From positions 14,942,001 through 15,006,000 of the forward strand of contig NC_086377.1 in NCBI RefSeq assembly GCF_036588685.1: 64,000 nucleotides of DNA, written 5' to 3'. The notes beneath the pieces were generated by a model. It did not search any database. It saw only the letters and a list, made by a program, of their open reading frames with translations, and had not been told where the DNA came from. Of the stretch, positions 40,578 through 51,989 are shown one piece after another. The position numbers were made by a program, and so were the translations under genes. Every line of letters starts with the position of its first letter. Within the stretch, counting starts at the first letter, position 1. This DNA is from Mytilus trossulus (taxonomy: Eukaryota).

Positions 40578-41817
40578 TGCACAGTATTTTGAGGAGAAGA
40601 TGGTAATGTAGAAATAAGAAAAGGTGGTATATTGCCAATGAGATTACTATCAACCGAGGTTCAGGAGTAAACTTTAATAAAATTCAAAACTAACAATGAG
40701 TATAATAATACTTATAAAAAAGTAAGAAAATCCATAATTCTGACAAAGTCTATGCACCAACACAGCAACAGATAATATGGTTAATAAATATAAAATAAAA
40801 ATCACTTGAAATTGTCCTGTACCAATTATTCTTTTGTTTGCATTATACATGTTATTGATAAAGATGTTAAGACTGTTAATAACATAAAATCATATCTTTA
40901 CGATAACAACCCAATAAAAAAGTTTTGAATTATCAAGGTTAAAGACCAAATGTTTCCTATTCTTAACGGTCGTCTGATCTGTCAGAAATTAAGTTTTACT
41001 ATGAATGATTATTGTCATTTGTATACATGGCAAAAAAAGGCAGAGTGAAATGTTTTATATATTAATACTCTTTTTATAAAGTTAACTATTTGTTTTTACT
41101 TTTGAAACCGACTAACCCCATATAAAGGTACAATTCCCTTAAAGTTCGTAACTATTAAAGCATACACAATTTTGTGATTTGGAAACCCTGATGATTCTGG
41201 TGTAGACTAAGCGGGCGTCCAATATACTGCCTTATACGCCTGGAAATCGTTTAAAGAGATTGTGTTTGCATACGTATTCCTCTTTTGATGTGTTCCCCTC
41301 GGTATTAGTTCTCTTGATCAGCGGTATACTACTTTTACCTTTATATAGTGCAGTTCCAAAAGTCATCATATTTTAATGTTATTCAAATCTAAAATAAAAA
41401 TCGTAGTTTTGAAAACATGAAATATAACGTTATGTATTGACTATTTACAGGGGTAACTACGTGTACTTGTATTGCTGTTCCAATGAAATATAATCTTAAA
41501 TGTCATCCAAATGTTACATTTTAGGAAAAATTATTTATCCAGCCTCAGACACAACTGAAATAAAGATTTTGAAACTGTTATTGATCCAATAAAATTATAG
41601 TCTCCTGGAGTCATTTGAATTTTTTCCAAAATGAAAGATATATATATTTTGTTTATTACTAACTTATCTTGTAATGTATTTCTTAAGACAACAATTTTAG
41701 AGCAGTGTTTTTTATTTATATTGAAGAGATTATTCACAAATAATATCCGACGGAGATATTCAATAACACAAACCCAACTGGAAAGTTATAGTTAACTTTT
41801 TTAATTTTCTATTACCT

Positions 41818-42185
41818 AAAAGAGGGACAAAAAACACCAGAGTCAAGCGCATTTATGGAACATAAACTGACAATGCCATGGCTGGAAAAGAAAAAGACTA
41901 ACATACAAGTAATACTACACAAGACACAACTTAGCAACACGATCCCAATCACATATTTTAGGTGATCTTGGGTGCTTAGGAAAGGTAAGCTGATCCTGTT
42001 CCAAATGTAGCATCAATCGTGTTGCTCATATGATTACAAACCCGGAAAAAGTCGTATTCGGTAGGTCACATACGTGAAAAGAAAACGGGATTGTAGCTAT
42101 GACATCAGGAATATATCCGATACTATCTGTGAAACGGATATTCCATAACGGTCAACAAACTCATGAGGGCGTTCGTAAAATATAA
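41818..42185 (-). mobile_element. Penelope-like element 3'-end fragment
   Basis: Aligns to 54238-54625, the tail of the RT-bearing copy. Confidence 0.7.
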
Positions 42186-42579
42186 CCATGAAAAATATCT
42201 TCATTTATAAACCTAATAATTGAAACATTCACACTATCTATAATCTTTGGGATAGTACATAAAAACCTTTATAAATGCTTACTCAATAGACATGGGCCAA
42301 AATGAAATGATTTATTAGTATTTTACTACATACATTTATTTATTAAACGTAATGTGCCACACTTTAGATTTCTAAATTAAATGTGTTTATTCTTACATTA
42401 TTGTTTGAATATCTAATTTATTCATCTGATATTCTGGTAGTCCACCTATGGCGTAGTGTGTACTGACAATTTGTACTTGCTTTAATGTAATTTTCAATTA
42501 GTTTTATTTGTTATTTATATAAATGTTGTTCTTGTATTGACAAGTCGGACAGGCATGAATGTAGAGAAGATAAAAGGCT

Positions 42580-43010
42580 CACTTGTATATTTGTCCATCT
42601 GATGAGTTGGGCCTTTTTCAACTGATTTTTATAGTAAGGTCTTATGATATACTGTTATACCACTGTCTCAGATAGTGAGAGGGTTGAGATCCCGTTAACA
42701 TGTTGAACTCCGCCACATTCTGTACGTATGTGACTGTCCCAAGTCAGGAGCCTGAAATTCAGTGGTTGCCACTTTTTTTTATATATTTGTTTTTCTTTTA
42801 TTTTTGGTACATAAATTCGGCCGTTAATTTTTTCCTTTGAAATGTTTTACATTGTGATCTCGGGCCTTCAATAGCTGACAATGCGGTATGTGCTTTGCTC
42901 ATCGTTTTGAAGGTCGTAGAGTGACTTATAGTTCCTTATTTCTTTGTTATTTTGGTCTCTTGTGGAAAGTCGTCTCATAGGCAATCATACCTCATCTTCC
43001 TTTTTTATAT
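42580..43010 (+). mobile_element. Interspersed repeat family A (SINE-like) containing a twister-like fold at 42659-42766
   Basis: ACCACTG..GAGAGGG-TTGAGATCCCG-TTAACATGTT-GAA-CTCC-GCC-ACAT..ATGT-G-ACTG-TCCCAAGT-CAGG-AGCCTG..CAGTGGT. A truncated paralog is at 36540-36655. Confidence 0.7.
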
Positions 43011-43358
43011 CAATAGATTTTAACAGTAACATAAAAAGAAATTAAAGAAAAACAAAGGATATGTTTTTTTTATTAATCACACAAAATCAATACATGCACA
43101 GCATTACAACTCACAATAAGCGGAGGGACAGTGATTTCAGTGATGCATCTTTCGTGTTTGGTTATTAAAAGATGTGCCAATGAGACAAATCTCCATCCAA
43201 GTCAAAATTTGTAAAAGAAAAAACCAGTAAAGGTCAAAGTAGGGTCTTCAACATAGAGCCTTAGCTCACACCGAACAGCAAGGAATGAATGGTTTCTTTC
43301 TTCAATACAATTTTGTAAGAGGTTCGCATATCCTTTTTTGGTTTCAAAGTACCTTTTA

Positions 43359-44164
43359 TATATGTTCCTGACCGTATGAGTATTTGGACCGTACGCGTAC
43401 GGTCTGAACCGTATGCGTACCTTTTCAAAATACTCATACGGTCGGACATTACTCGTACGGTCTGGTTAATATCATTAAGAAGGTGCCATTAAGAAGTTTA
43501 TAAGTTACCAATTCATGTAACAGATCAACATAACTTAACTCCCAAATTAATATGGAAAAGTTAAATTGTAATTGAAATTAAAACTGTATTTTTTATAACT
43601 CCATGTACTAGTATTTAAAAATTAACGATAATTAAATCTGTTAATAGCTGGATTTTAGCAAGTCGATCAGTAATACATTATTGAAATTGACGATATCGGA
43701 AGAAAACATAGTGGGAGGCCAATTGTTTATAATATTAGAAACTTTACAAAAACTGCAATGCAAAGGAACATGAATGAACTGCAATATTTAACATGTAAAT
43801 ATGAAAAAATTACATTACTTGTGGAAAAAAGTGTTACCTTGGGCAAGAGTTCCAAAAAAGGGTTCAGATATACAATTAAACAAAATTTCAATTGTTCATT
43901 CAACATGTTTAATTTTGTTCATATAATCCATCTAATAAAATGATAACAATTTTATAGAAATAAAAATAAAGATTGTGATAAATGTTTGTTTAAATACAAC
44001 CCATATAATCTGATAGCATGTATGTTCAGATCTTACATGTACTGCACCTTACGCGTATTCTCATACGGTCCGACCGTACGCGTATGGTCGGACCATATGA
44101 GTATACGTATACGGTCCGGACCGTACGCGTACGGTCCAAATACTCATAAGGTCTGGAACATATA
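43359..44164. mobile_element. ~800-bp MITE with long TIRs and palindromic sub-repeats, inserted in a TA context
   Basis: TATATGTTCCTGACCGTATGAGTATTTGGACCGTACGCGTACGGTC mirrored at the right end. Absent from the paralogous sites near 32728 and 37764. Confidence 0.85.
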
Positions 44165-45852
44165 CATATAATATTTTTTCCACGTAAATGCTAGGGTTTC
44201 CTATCGCCACTTCAGTACAACTGGTAATGTGAAAAAAAGACGTTCAATTAACATCATGTATGATGCATCAGAATTGAATTAAACACGTTTTAATATCTAT
44301 CCCGTCCGAACATACAATGTTATGTAGTGCAAATTTTCATCAAAGGTAGTAGAGAATATAGAGTACTTTTACAATTCTTTTTGTTTGGTGTAATTTAAAG
44401 CATTGTAAACGCTACATTTTTACTCTTTTTATATTCATACCTTGATGATTTTAAAAGAAGTTATTTCAAATGTTCACATGAAAACCAGATTTGCATGGAT
44501 TAAACCACCAGTAATTCCAACTTTTATAAATAAGTAACGGTAATTGCATTGACATTGACATTTCAAAACAGTGTCAAAGAAAGCTTAAATAACCATACAA
44601 ACACATATTATGCTATATATTATCTATTGAATATTTCTATTTTGTAAATCCAATAAGCTGTTACTTACGGAAATAAAGTATTATTATTATTGTCATATAA
44701 TTTGGAAATATTAACGATGATTTAATAAGGGGCTTGAATGGTGTAAAAATATATCGGGTAAAAAAAAAACTATTCATCTTTCTAAATAATATAGTTATTT
44801 ACCGATGATCAAATAACGTTAATTAATGAGGAAGAGAGCAAAGAAACAAACCTGAAACAGAAACTGAGAAAGTTGCAAACTAAAAGTAAACGCGCGGGAC
44901 AGGGTGTGTCTTACAAAACAAAAGATAAGAGTACCTGTACAAGCTGTAATAACTGGACCAATAACGGTCAACCTTGACAGACTTGACTGGAAGAGTTTGT
45001 ACTTATGTTGTCCTCAAAAGGGGACTGGTTTATCGATTCCATATTATGTGAAATCTATTATAAAATAACTGATTAATTGGCAGGAAATCATATCTCGTTG
45101 TTTTGTGTTAGTTCTTTTTAAGAAGTGTACTCTGTTCAACTGTTTTTAATCATTAAACTTTGTCGGCAAACCTTGTTTATTTATACCAGCTGTGAAAACA
45201 AGAGGAACAGCAAAACACTTTGACATCCTTAGTATTTACAGTTTATACTTATATTGTCCTGACAAGATTAAAAAAGATAAGTATACTGGTACAAGCTGTA
45301 ATGATTAGACCAACAACGAGCAACATTGACAGACTTAGATGTTACAGTTTGTTATTGTGTTATCCTGAAAAAAGGTTACTGGTATATAAAATCCATATTA
45401 TTTGTAATCTGGTATTTAAATAACTGACTCATTGGCAATAATACCACATCTAGTTGTTTTGGAATAGTTTCGTTTTTTAAACTGTACTGTTCAACTTTAA
45501 GTATAATAAATTGTCAACAAACCTTCTTTATTTGTGCAAGCTATGAAAAGAAGGAAAACATAAAAAGCAACTTTGCCATGTTTGCTGTTTACGGTTTGAA
45601 CTTAAATTATCCTCACAAAAGGTGACTGGTTTATGAAAACAAAGGTATTTGAACTTTTAGAAAATATTTGTATCTTAAGCAATGATACCACATCTCCTTA
45701 TTTTTCGTTAGTCTTTTCGAAACGATGACATTGATAAATTGTTGGGGAGTCTATTGATTTTCTAGCTCAGGAACATATTATATTAGTCTAATTTGGAACC
45801 ACCTTTCGGAATAAATGTTGGGTCCTTAAATCCTCGATTCATCGCACTTTAT

Positions 45853-46150
45853 TGGTCGATGCCACTGTTGGTGGACGTTTCGTCCTCGAGAGTATCACCA
45901 GCTCAGTAGTCAGCACTTCGGTGTTGACATGAATATCAATTATATGTTCATTTTTAGAAATTTGTCGAAACACTTAGGATTATCTTATCTCAGGAAAAGA
46001 TTACCTCAGCTGTATTTGGCACAATTGTCTGGAACTTTGGGTCTTCAATGCTCTTCAACTTTGTTTGCCTATATAACCATTTTTATCTGAGCCTCACTGA
46101 TGAGTCATATGAAGACGAAACCTGTGTCTGGCGTACTTAATTATAGTATT
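45853..46150 (+). mobile_element. Retrozyme-like unit with type I hammerhead (46091-46135), interrupted by a transposon; remainder at 49034-49056
   Basis: CTCA-CTGATGA-GTC ATATGAA GAC-GAAA-CCTGTG-TC-TGGCG. cUUCGg hairpin at 45909-45928. The tail GGTACCTTTGATAACTATT resumes after the insertion. Confidence 0.8.
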
Positions 46151-49033
46151 CACAGTGTAGATACTGTTCTGTACGCTATCCGGAAGTCGCGATTTTCGAA
46201 GCGAGGAGTTCAAACTGGCTAACAGAACGGTTTTGTTTTGGTGCTTTTTCTCATCATTTGTTTACTCCTATATCTATAAAGTGCTTTGCACATCTTAAAT
46301 GTGTGTATAACACCATAAATATGAGTAACTGTAACAAAAAACTTGCAGTAGAATATAAAATATACGCGTGCATCACACCAACTTCATAGAAAAAAGTGAA
46401 ATCGATTGACAATTTTGCTCTCGTAGTACAAAGCAAATAATCTTTTATCGCAAATATTTGCATCAGGTTACAGTAAAATATATACTGTTTCAATATTCCT
46501 ACCGTATTTATGTAGAATGTTCGTATTTCAAATAAAAAATATGCTTTCCTTGAGGATCCCAAAATAAATTACTGTACGATCAGTCTAAAACTGACTGTAT
46601 TCTAGTAGCGATTTCAGATTTTTTGTCTGTATGACCAGTCGTGATTTTGAAGGGAAAAACAACAAATGGAAGTTTTTAACGACCTTGACTGAAAAAAAAC
46701 GTCAATTTGAAGGTATATACGTGTCTATGTGACATTATGATTGTGTCCATGGAACTATAACGTGTAATTTTTTTCTTTAGACAATACAAATATATTTCTG
46801 ATGATTTTTGCAGATGGCAAAATAATTATATTTTTGTTCCGTTAGTCTTACTTAAAATCCAATGCCTAAAAGCAATACATGATTCGCTTGTGGACTTTGT
46901 ATTAGTGTGTCGTTGCAGTTATCTGTTTAACTATTACATTTTTAAAGACTATTTACACCGTCTACCGTTGACCAATTGGTGATTACATACATCAAGACTG
47001 TCTCTTTTAAAATGATAAAAAATAAATAGAGAAGGCTTTGTTTAAAAACTTTAGGTATTGAGGAAAGAATTAACAAAATTATACCCCGCCACTTCTATAG
47101 TCCATGTTTTGGAAAAAATAAACCACCAGAAAAATTATAGGTGCACAGGAGCATCATTTAATAACGAATATGAGAAAGTTTTATTTAATACTAGTATATG
47201 GTAAGTTTTTTGAAAGTTGCGTATAGTAAGCGGGTACCACCTAATAAGGTAGTGGAAAAGTCCATATCATGGAAATAAAAAAAACTGATGATTTTTCGAA
47301 AAAACAAAATAAGAAGTACACATTCAATTGAATTAAATAATAAAGAATCTGAAAAAGATTCATTAAGTTATGACAAGTGTCTGAAGGAAGTTGTGGATAT
47401 AAAATAGGTACGCCCAATATAAGGTTATAACACAGTCCGTATTTTAGATAGAAAAACATCAAAAATATTTTTACAAAAAATTCGAAATAGAAGGTCCGTA
47501 GTACATAAATAGATTAAAAATGGAGCTATTTTAGAAAAGTTTAACAATTGGTTTTGGAGGTCACGGTTGGAAATATCTGATGGGTGCCCCCATAAAATGC
47601 AATGTTCAAGTCCGTAACTTATATAAAGAAACCCCATAAAATATTTTTAATAAGATAAGAAATACATTCCTTTTTTTATAAACATATGGTTAATTTTCTC
47701 GTTTGAATTGTTTTACATTGTCATTTCGGGGCTTTTTATAGCTGACTTTGTGGTATTGGCTTTGCTTATTGTTGAAGGCCATACGGTGACCTATATTTGT
47801 TAATATCTGTGTCATTTTGATCTCTTGTGGCCGGTTGTCTCATTGGCAATCATACCGCATCTTCTTTTTTATATTATAATTTATGATACGGAATCCGAGA
47901 AAAAAATAATTAATAGTTATACCAGTGACGGATTCAAGAAAATTGGGATCCGGCGGTTTGAAACTCTTTTTTAACTTTCAATGCATTTGTATGGGAACAT
48001 ATATTTGGAATCCTCTTTTCTCCTGGATTGAACCCCTCTCCATTTAAAAATGTCTGGAAACTCCAATGTATATTAAGTTGTTTATGAGGAGATGCGCTTG
48101 TAAAACCGGCGAAACATGTTGTACCGGTCCAACGGACGAACGGAAAGACGAACTTCATTATCACTATAAACCATCGCTTTACAAAGTGGTGTACAATTTA
48201 GTGTGAAAGAGACAGATCTACATCCAAAACAAAGTAAAGGAACTGTGATCAATTATAGGCTACAGTACGGTCTCGAATGTTTGTAAATTCATGCATTTTT
48301 ATATAGTTACAATTAAATCTGTGTGTTTGTACAATTTTAAGTATAACGGAGGACATTTCTGAAACTTCTATAAACAAACAAACCTTCTTCGTATTTCAGC
48401 CGCATTCAAACATCCTTATACTTAATGTAGTAAGTCGAATACACCCTAACAAGCTAAAACATGTTTGAAAAGTTTACAGGATGTGAATTTATCAAAATAT
48501 ATTTGTGTTATTTAGAAAAATCCCTTCTTCAAATGTATCGTAAATAACTTTGAAATCACTACTAGAATACAGTGAAATAAAGACTGATCATACAGTTTCA
48601 AAATATACAAGCGAGACTGATCGTACAGTGAGAAATTCAAACAAGTGTAATTTTATTATTGTTGGCGTTAAAGATCTGGCTGAAACTTTTACCACCATTT
48701 AAAATATATACTTTATTTGGTAAATTAAGTCTGGATTTTACGTTAATTTGTACAGTAAGAGTGCAAAAAGACTGTTTTGAGGTTCACCGACTGATTTTCC
48801 TTAGTGATGCACTTGAAAATCTCTTAATTAAGGCAAAGATACGAATAATGAATGTGCTAAATTTAATAATAAACCATTTGTGAATATCGATGTCAGCTGA
48901 ATTAATCATTAAGCAATGTACAGATGAACATCTTACCGTTTAATATAGTAACAAATTTAAAATGTGATCCAAAAAGTTCTCGTTTCGAAAATCGCGACTT
49001 CCGGAAAGCGTACAGAATAGTATCTACACTGTG
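46151..49033. mobile_element. Non-autonomous DNA transposon, Transib/RAG-like superfamily (CACAGTG-initiated 55-bp TIRs, 5-bp TSD GTATT)
   Basis: TIRs 46151-46205 and 48979-49033 differ at 3 positions. GTATT occurs at 46146-46150 and 49034-49038. No transposase ORF is visible. Confidence 0.85.
47685..47872. mobile_element. SINE-like repeat (family A 3' part) nested in the transposon
   Basis: Matches 42820-43010 and the RC of 62765-62870. Confidence 0.75.
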
Positions 49034-49360
49034 GTATTGGTACCTTTGATAACTATTTTGCTTTTTATTTGTTTTTATTAAAATGATACTGATATCAACT
49101 TATTTTCAAATATACATATGTGGTTGCAAGAAGTTTGAATGTTTTTGAGCTTATATGTACTGTATTCCTGTTCAGTAGTCTTTTATTGTAGCGGTATTTT
49201 TAACATTGCAATATAAGCGTGTTGCTGATAGCTCTTTAACATGAACAAAAACCCACAAATATAAGAGCATATATAACAAGCAAGAAGACACATTATATAG
49301 CATGCACAGAAAGGAGTTTTTATGAAAATTTAATTATTATTAAATTTAATGACTAAATTT

Positions 49361-49460
49361 TCCTATTCATAACTTAGACTGATTTAATTACCATTTATGT
49401 ATATTTTTTTTCCTATTCATAACTTAGACTGATTTAATTACCATTTATGTATATTTTTTT
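49361..49460. repeat. Perfect 50-bp tandem duplication
   Basis: TCCTATTCATAACTTAGACTGATTTAATTACCATTTATGTATATTTTTTT occurs twice. Confidence 0.9.
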
Positions 49461-51259
49461 CCAGTTTCAACTTTAAGTATAGTGCATTTTAGTTTTATTC
49501 TGGGCCGGTTAACGAGATCCGTATTTTCAGTTAATTGCTTACAGTTTGAAAAAATATAAGAATGTTTGTTCCGGTTTTTCGTTGTCAGTTTTCTTTGGCC
49601 GTAACTTGAGAGTGCGGTTGTCCATATTGTATTCCCCTGGTTTGATTTTCTCTTTTTTTCCTTCTCGGGCTACATGTTCATTCCCCCTATCCCCTGTTTG
49701 ACTCGGTTCCGCCATTATGAGCCCTCAAGTCTAAGAATCCGTATCATGTCATTCCAAAACTATGTTTCTCCAGTTGGTTTTTGTATGACATCGTTTGAAA
49801 AAAATATTTGGCGTCGAACATTCCTGTTGTTTGGTGTTTTTTTTTAATCGCCTTTAAACAAGAATTGTTGTCTTAGGAATTTCATCAAAACATCGACTAT
49901 TTCATATAAATAAACTAAACATTTTCAGGAGAAGTTCATTAGATCAATAACAATTTGGACACCTTTAGCTAAACTTTGTCTGGAGATGGGTAAATATTTG
50001 TTTTTTCATAAAGATGACATTTGTTTTACTCGAAAGTTTATATGTCACTGGAACAAACAACAAAGTTACATGTAGTTACCCCCTCTGTGTAATAGTTTAA
50101 TATATTACGCTCTATCTTATGTTTACAAAAGATGCAAAAAAAATCTCCTCAAAGATATGAGGCTTTTAAGGTAGTATGCTGATTTAATCCCCTCATCAGG
50201 GGTTTCACAATCATATAAGTTTGAATGCTGTATATGATACAAATCTTTACAAAGTTGTAGATTGTAAATTTAAAGAAGTTTGATATCATATTGTACCTTC
50301 AAATTGGGAAAGTCGATTTTAAAATTTAAAACAAATCGTTAATTATGTACTAAGGGTATCAATACATAATGCTGTTTTCATGCTTTTTTTCTTCCATATA
50401 ATGACAATTATCATTCACAATTACACTCATGTTATTACAAATTGGAAGATCATGAGGAATGGCAAACAATTGGACTGCCATCGCTAAAAAGGGTGGTTTG
50501 ACGAATATGCACAGGTAGTTTAAAAGGCCACTTTCAGACTCATCAAACGTTTGTATACTGTAACACTTGAAGGTTTGATTCAACATCTTTGTTCCTACTA
50601 GACGTTGAGTATTTTTACACACCCACTGTTAAACAGACGAACAACTTTTGCAGACGTTTTTCAGTACAAAGGGGGAGATAAGAACATAATTAAAATTCTA
50701 CTTAAGCACGTGTTTGGCCTGAGGGTGTTTTTTTCTGCTCTTTGTTCTGGTTGTGGTAATTTTTACATAATCTATTTTTATTTTTTCAGCATACGTCCTG
50801 TGTTATGTTTCACTACGTGATATCACTGTTAACAAAGTAATTGGAGCCCAGAGGTAAATAAATGATGATGAGGTGAATTATCTTAACTATCTTTTTTGTA
50901 TAATGTTTCTTTAACCTTGATAATTTTTATACTTTTTTAATGTATCGCTAATGTCAATAAATGCTGTAGGTTATTAAATTATAATCCTGGTACCTTTGAT
51001 AACTATTATTAACTTTTACAGTATTTTAACACCTCAATTCCAAGTTAATAATTATTTTTTTTTAAATATCAAACATATTTAACTCTTGCTGTGTGGGTGC
51101 GTAGTATGTGTTTTTTGCAGTTTAGGTTATGCTCTTTTTTGTTGATTTAATATTTTTCGGACGAGGGCATATTTTGGTCTATAATTCTTAAAATTATCCA
51201 TATTTTATAGTGAGTTTTTTTTTTTAGGTCGAATTAATTTTCACACTCTAACGATATTG

Positions 51260-51595
51260 CTACTATAAATTGTTTCAGAAAAGAGAGAAGGTTTTGAAAC
51301 ATTAAAATGTTAAATCCTGCTGTACTAGTTTTTACCTGTCCTAAGTCAGGAATCTCAGGTTCACTGGGAGTCGTCTGTCTATGTGGTTCATAAGTGTTTC
51401 TCGGGGTTTTTTTTTCGTTTTTATATAAATTGGACCGTTGGTTTTCCCGTTTGAATAGTTTTACAATAGTGTTATATCTTGCTGTTTGGTGCGAGACAAA
51501 GCTACGTGTTGAAGGCCGTACCTTGACCTATAACGGTTTACTTTTATAAATAGTTACTTGGATGGAAAGGCACTCATACCACATCTTCTTATATC
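51260..51595 (+). mobile_element. Interspersed repeat family C with decayed twister-like fold (51270-51365)
   Basis: GAAGG (51287-51291)..AAATCCTGC..CCTG-TCCTAAGT-CAGG (51335-51350). The 3' part matches 6775-7030. Confidence 0.6.
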
Positions 51596-51839
51596 ACTTT
51601 AGTTCTTGCATTTCATAAATGGCTATGTATTGTCGTCTTACAAAATTTTAAATATTTCATTGAAATTCAAAGCTTATTTTTTAAATATATTATTTGCCGA
51701 CATTTAAACCAAACTTTTCAATAACCATACACATTAAAGTTCAGCTAACTAGTGGTAAATGCCAAATTTACAATATGCAATCGTTGACTCCTAGGAAAAG
51801 TTCAATTAACAAGTGTGATAGTAAATCATCACCTCAACA

Positions 51840-51910
51840 TGACGTTTATCCAATCGACAACCCTTAACGATATGACGTAGTTGATTATAACATTACAAAT
51901 GCTATAAATA
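51840..51910 (+). promoter_or_regulatory. Core promoter of paralog 3: TGACG, CCAAT, TGACGTAG, TATA
   Basis: TGACG 51840-51844, CCAAT 51850-51854, TGACGTAG 51873-51880, TATAAATA 51903-51910, lying 80-150 bp before the ATG. Confidence 0.65.
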
Positions 51911-51989
51911 TCGAAGTGGAATTGTTCACGTATACATAGAAAAGAATCATCAGTACAACGATCTATCTTTCATTCACCTTAAAACGAAA

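Larger units (their letters stand above)
39650..49240. repeat. Gene-less tandem duplication unit B3, expanded by nested insertions
   Basis: Colinear with B1/B2 up to ~45850. Homology resumes at ~49085-49240 (matches 34295-34450) after the retrozyme and transposon insertions. Confidence 0.75.

Noticed and set aside
42595-42630. CTGATGAG motif suggesting a hammerhead
   Set aside because: It is not followed by GAAA and a stem III/UH at a suitable position.
45865-45905. Antisense strand reads ...GGUG-AUA-CUCUCGAGG-AC-GAAAC-GUC-CACC, resembling a second hammerhead
   Set aside because: There is no CUGANGA between the would-be stems I and II. It is better explained as the complement of the sense-strand hairpins.
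46158-46190. Full 12/23 RSS pair at the transposon ends
   Set aside because: No nonamer-like sequence at 12 or 23 bp on either end. Only the heptamer matches.
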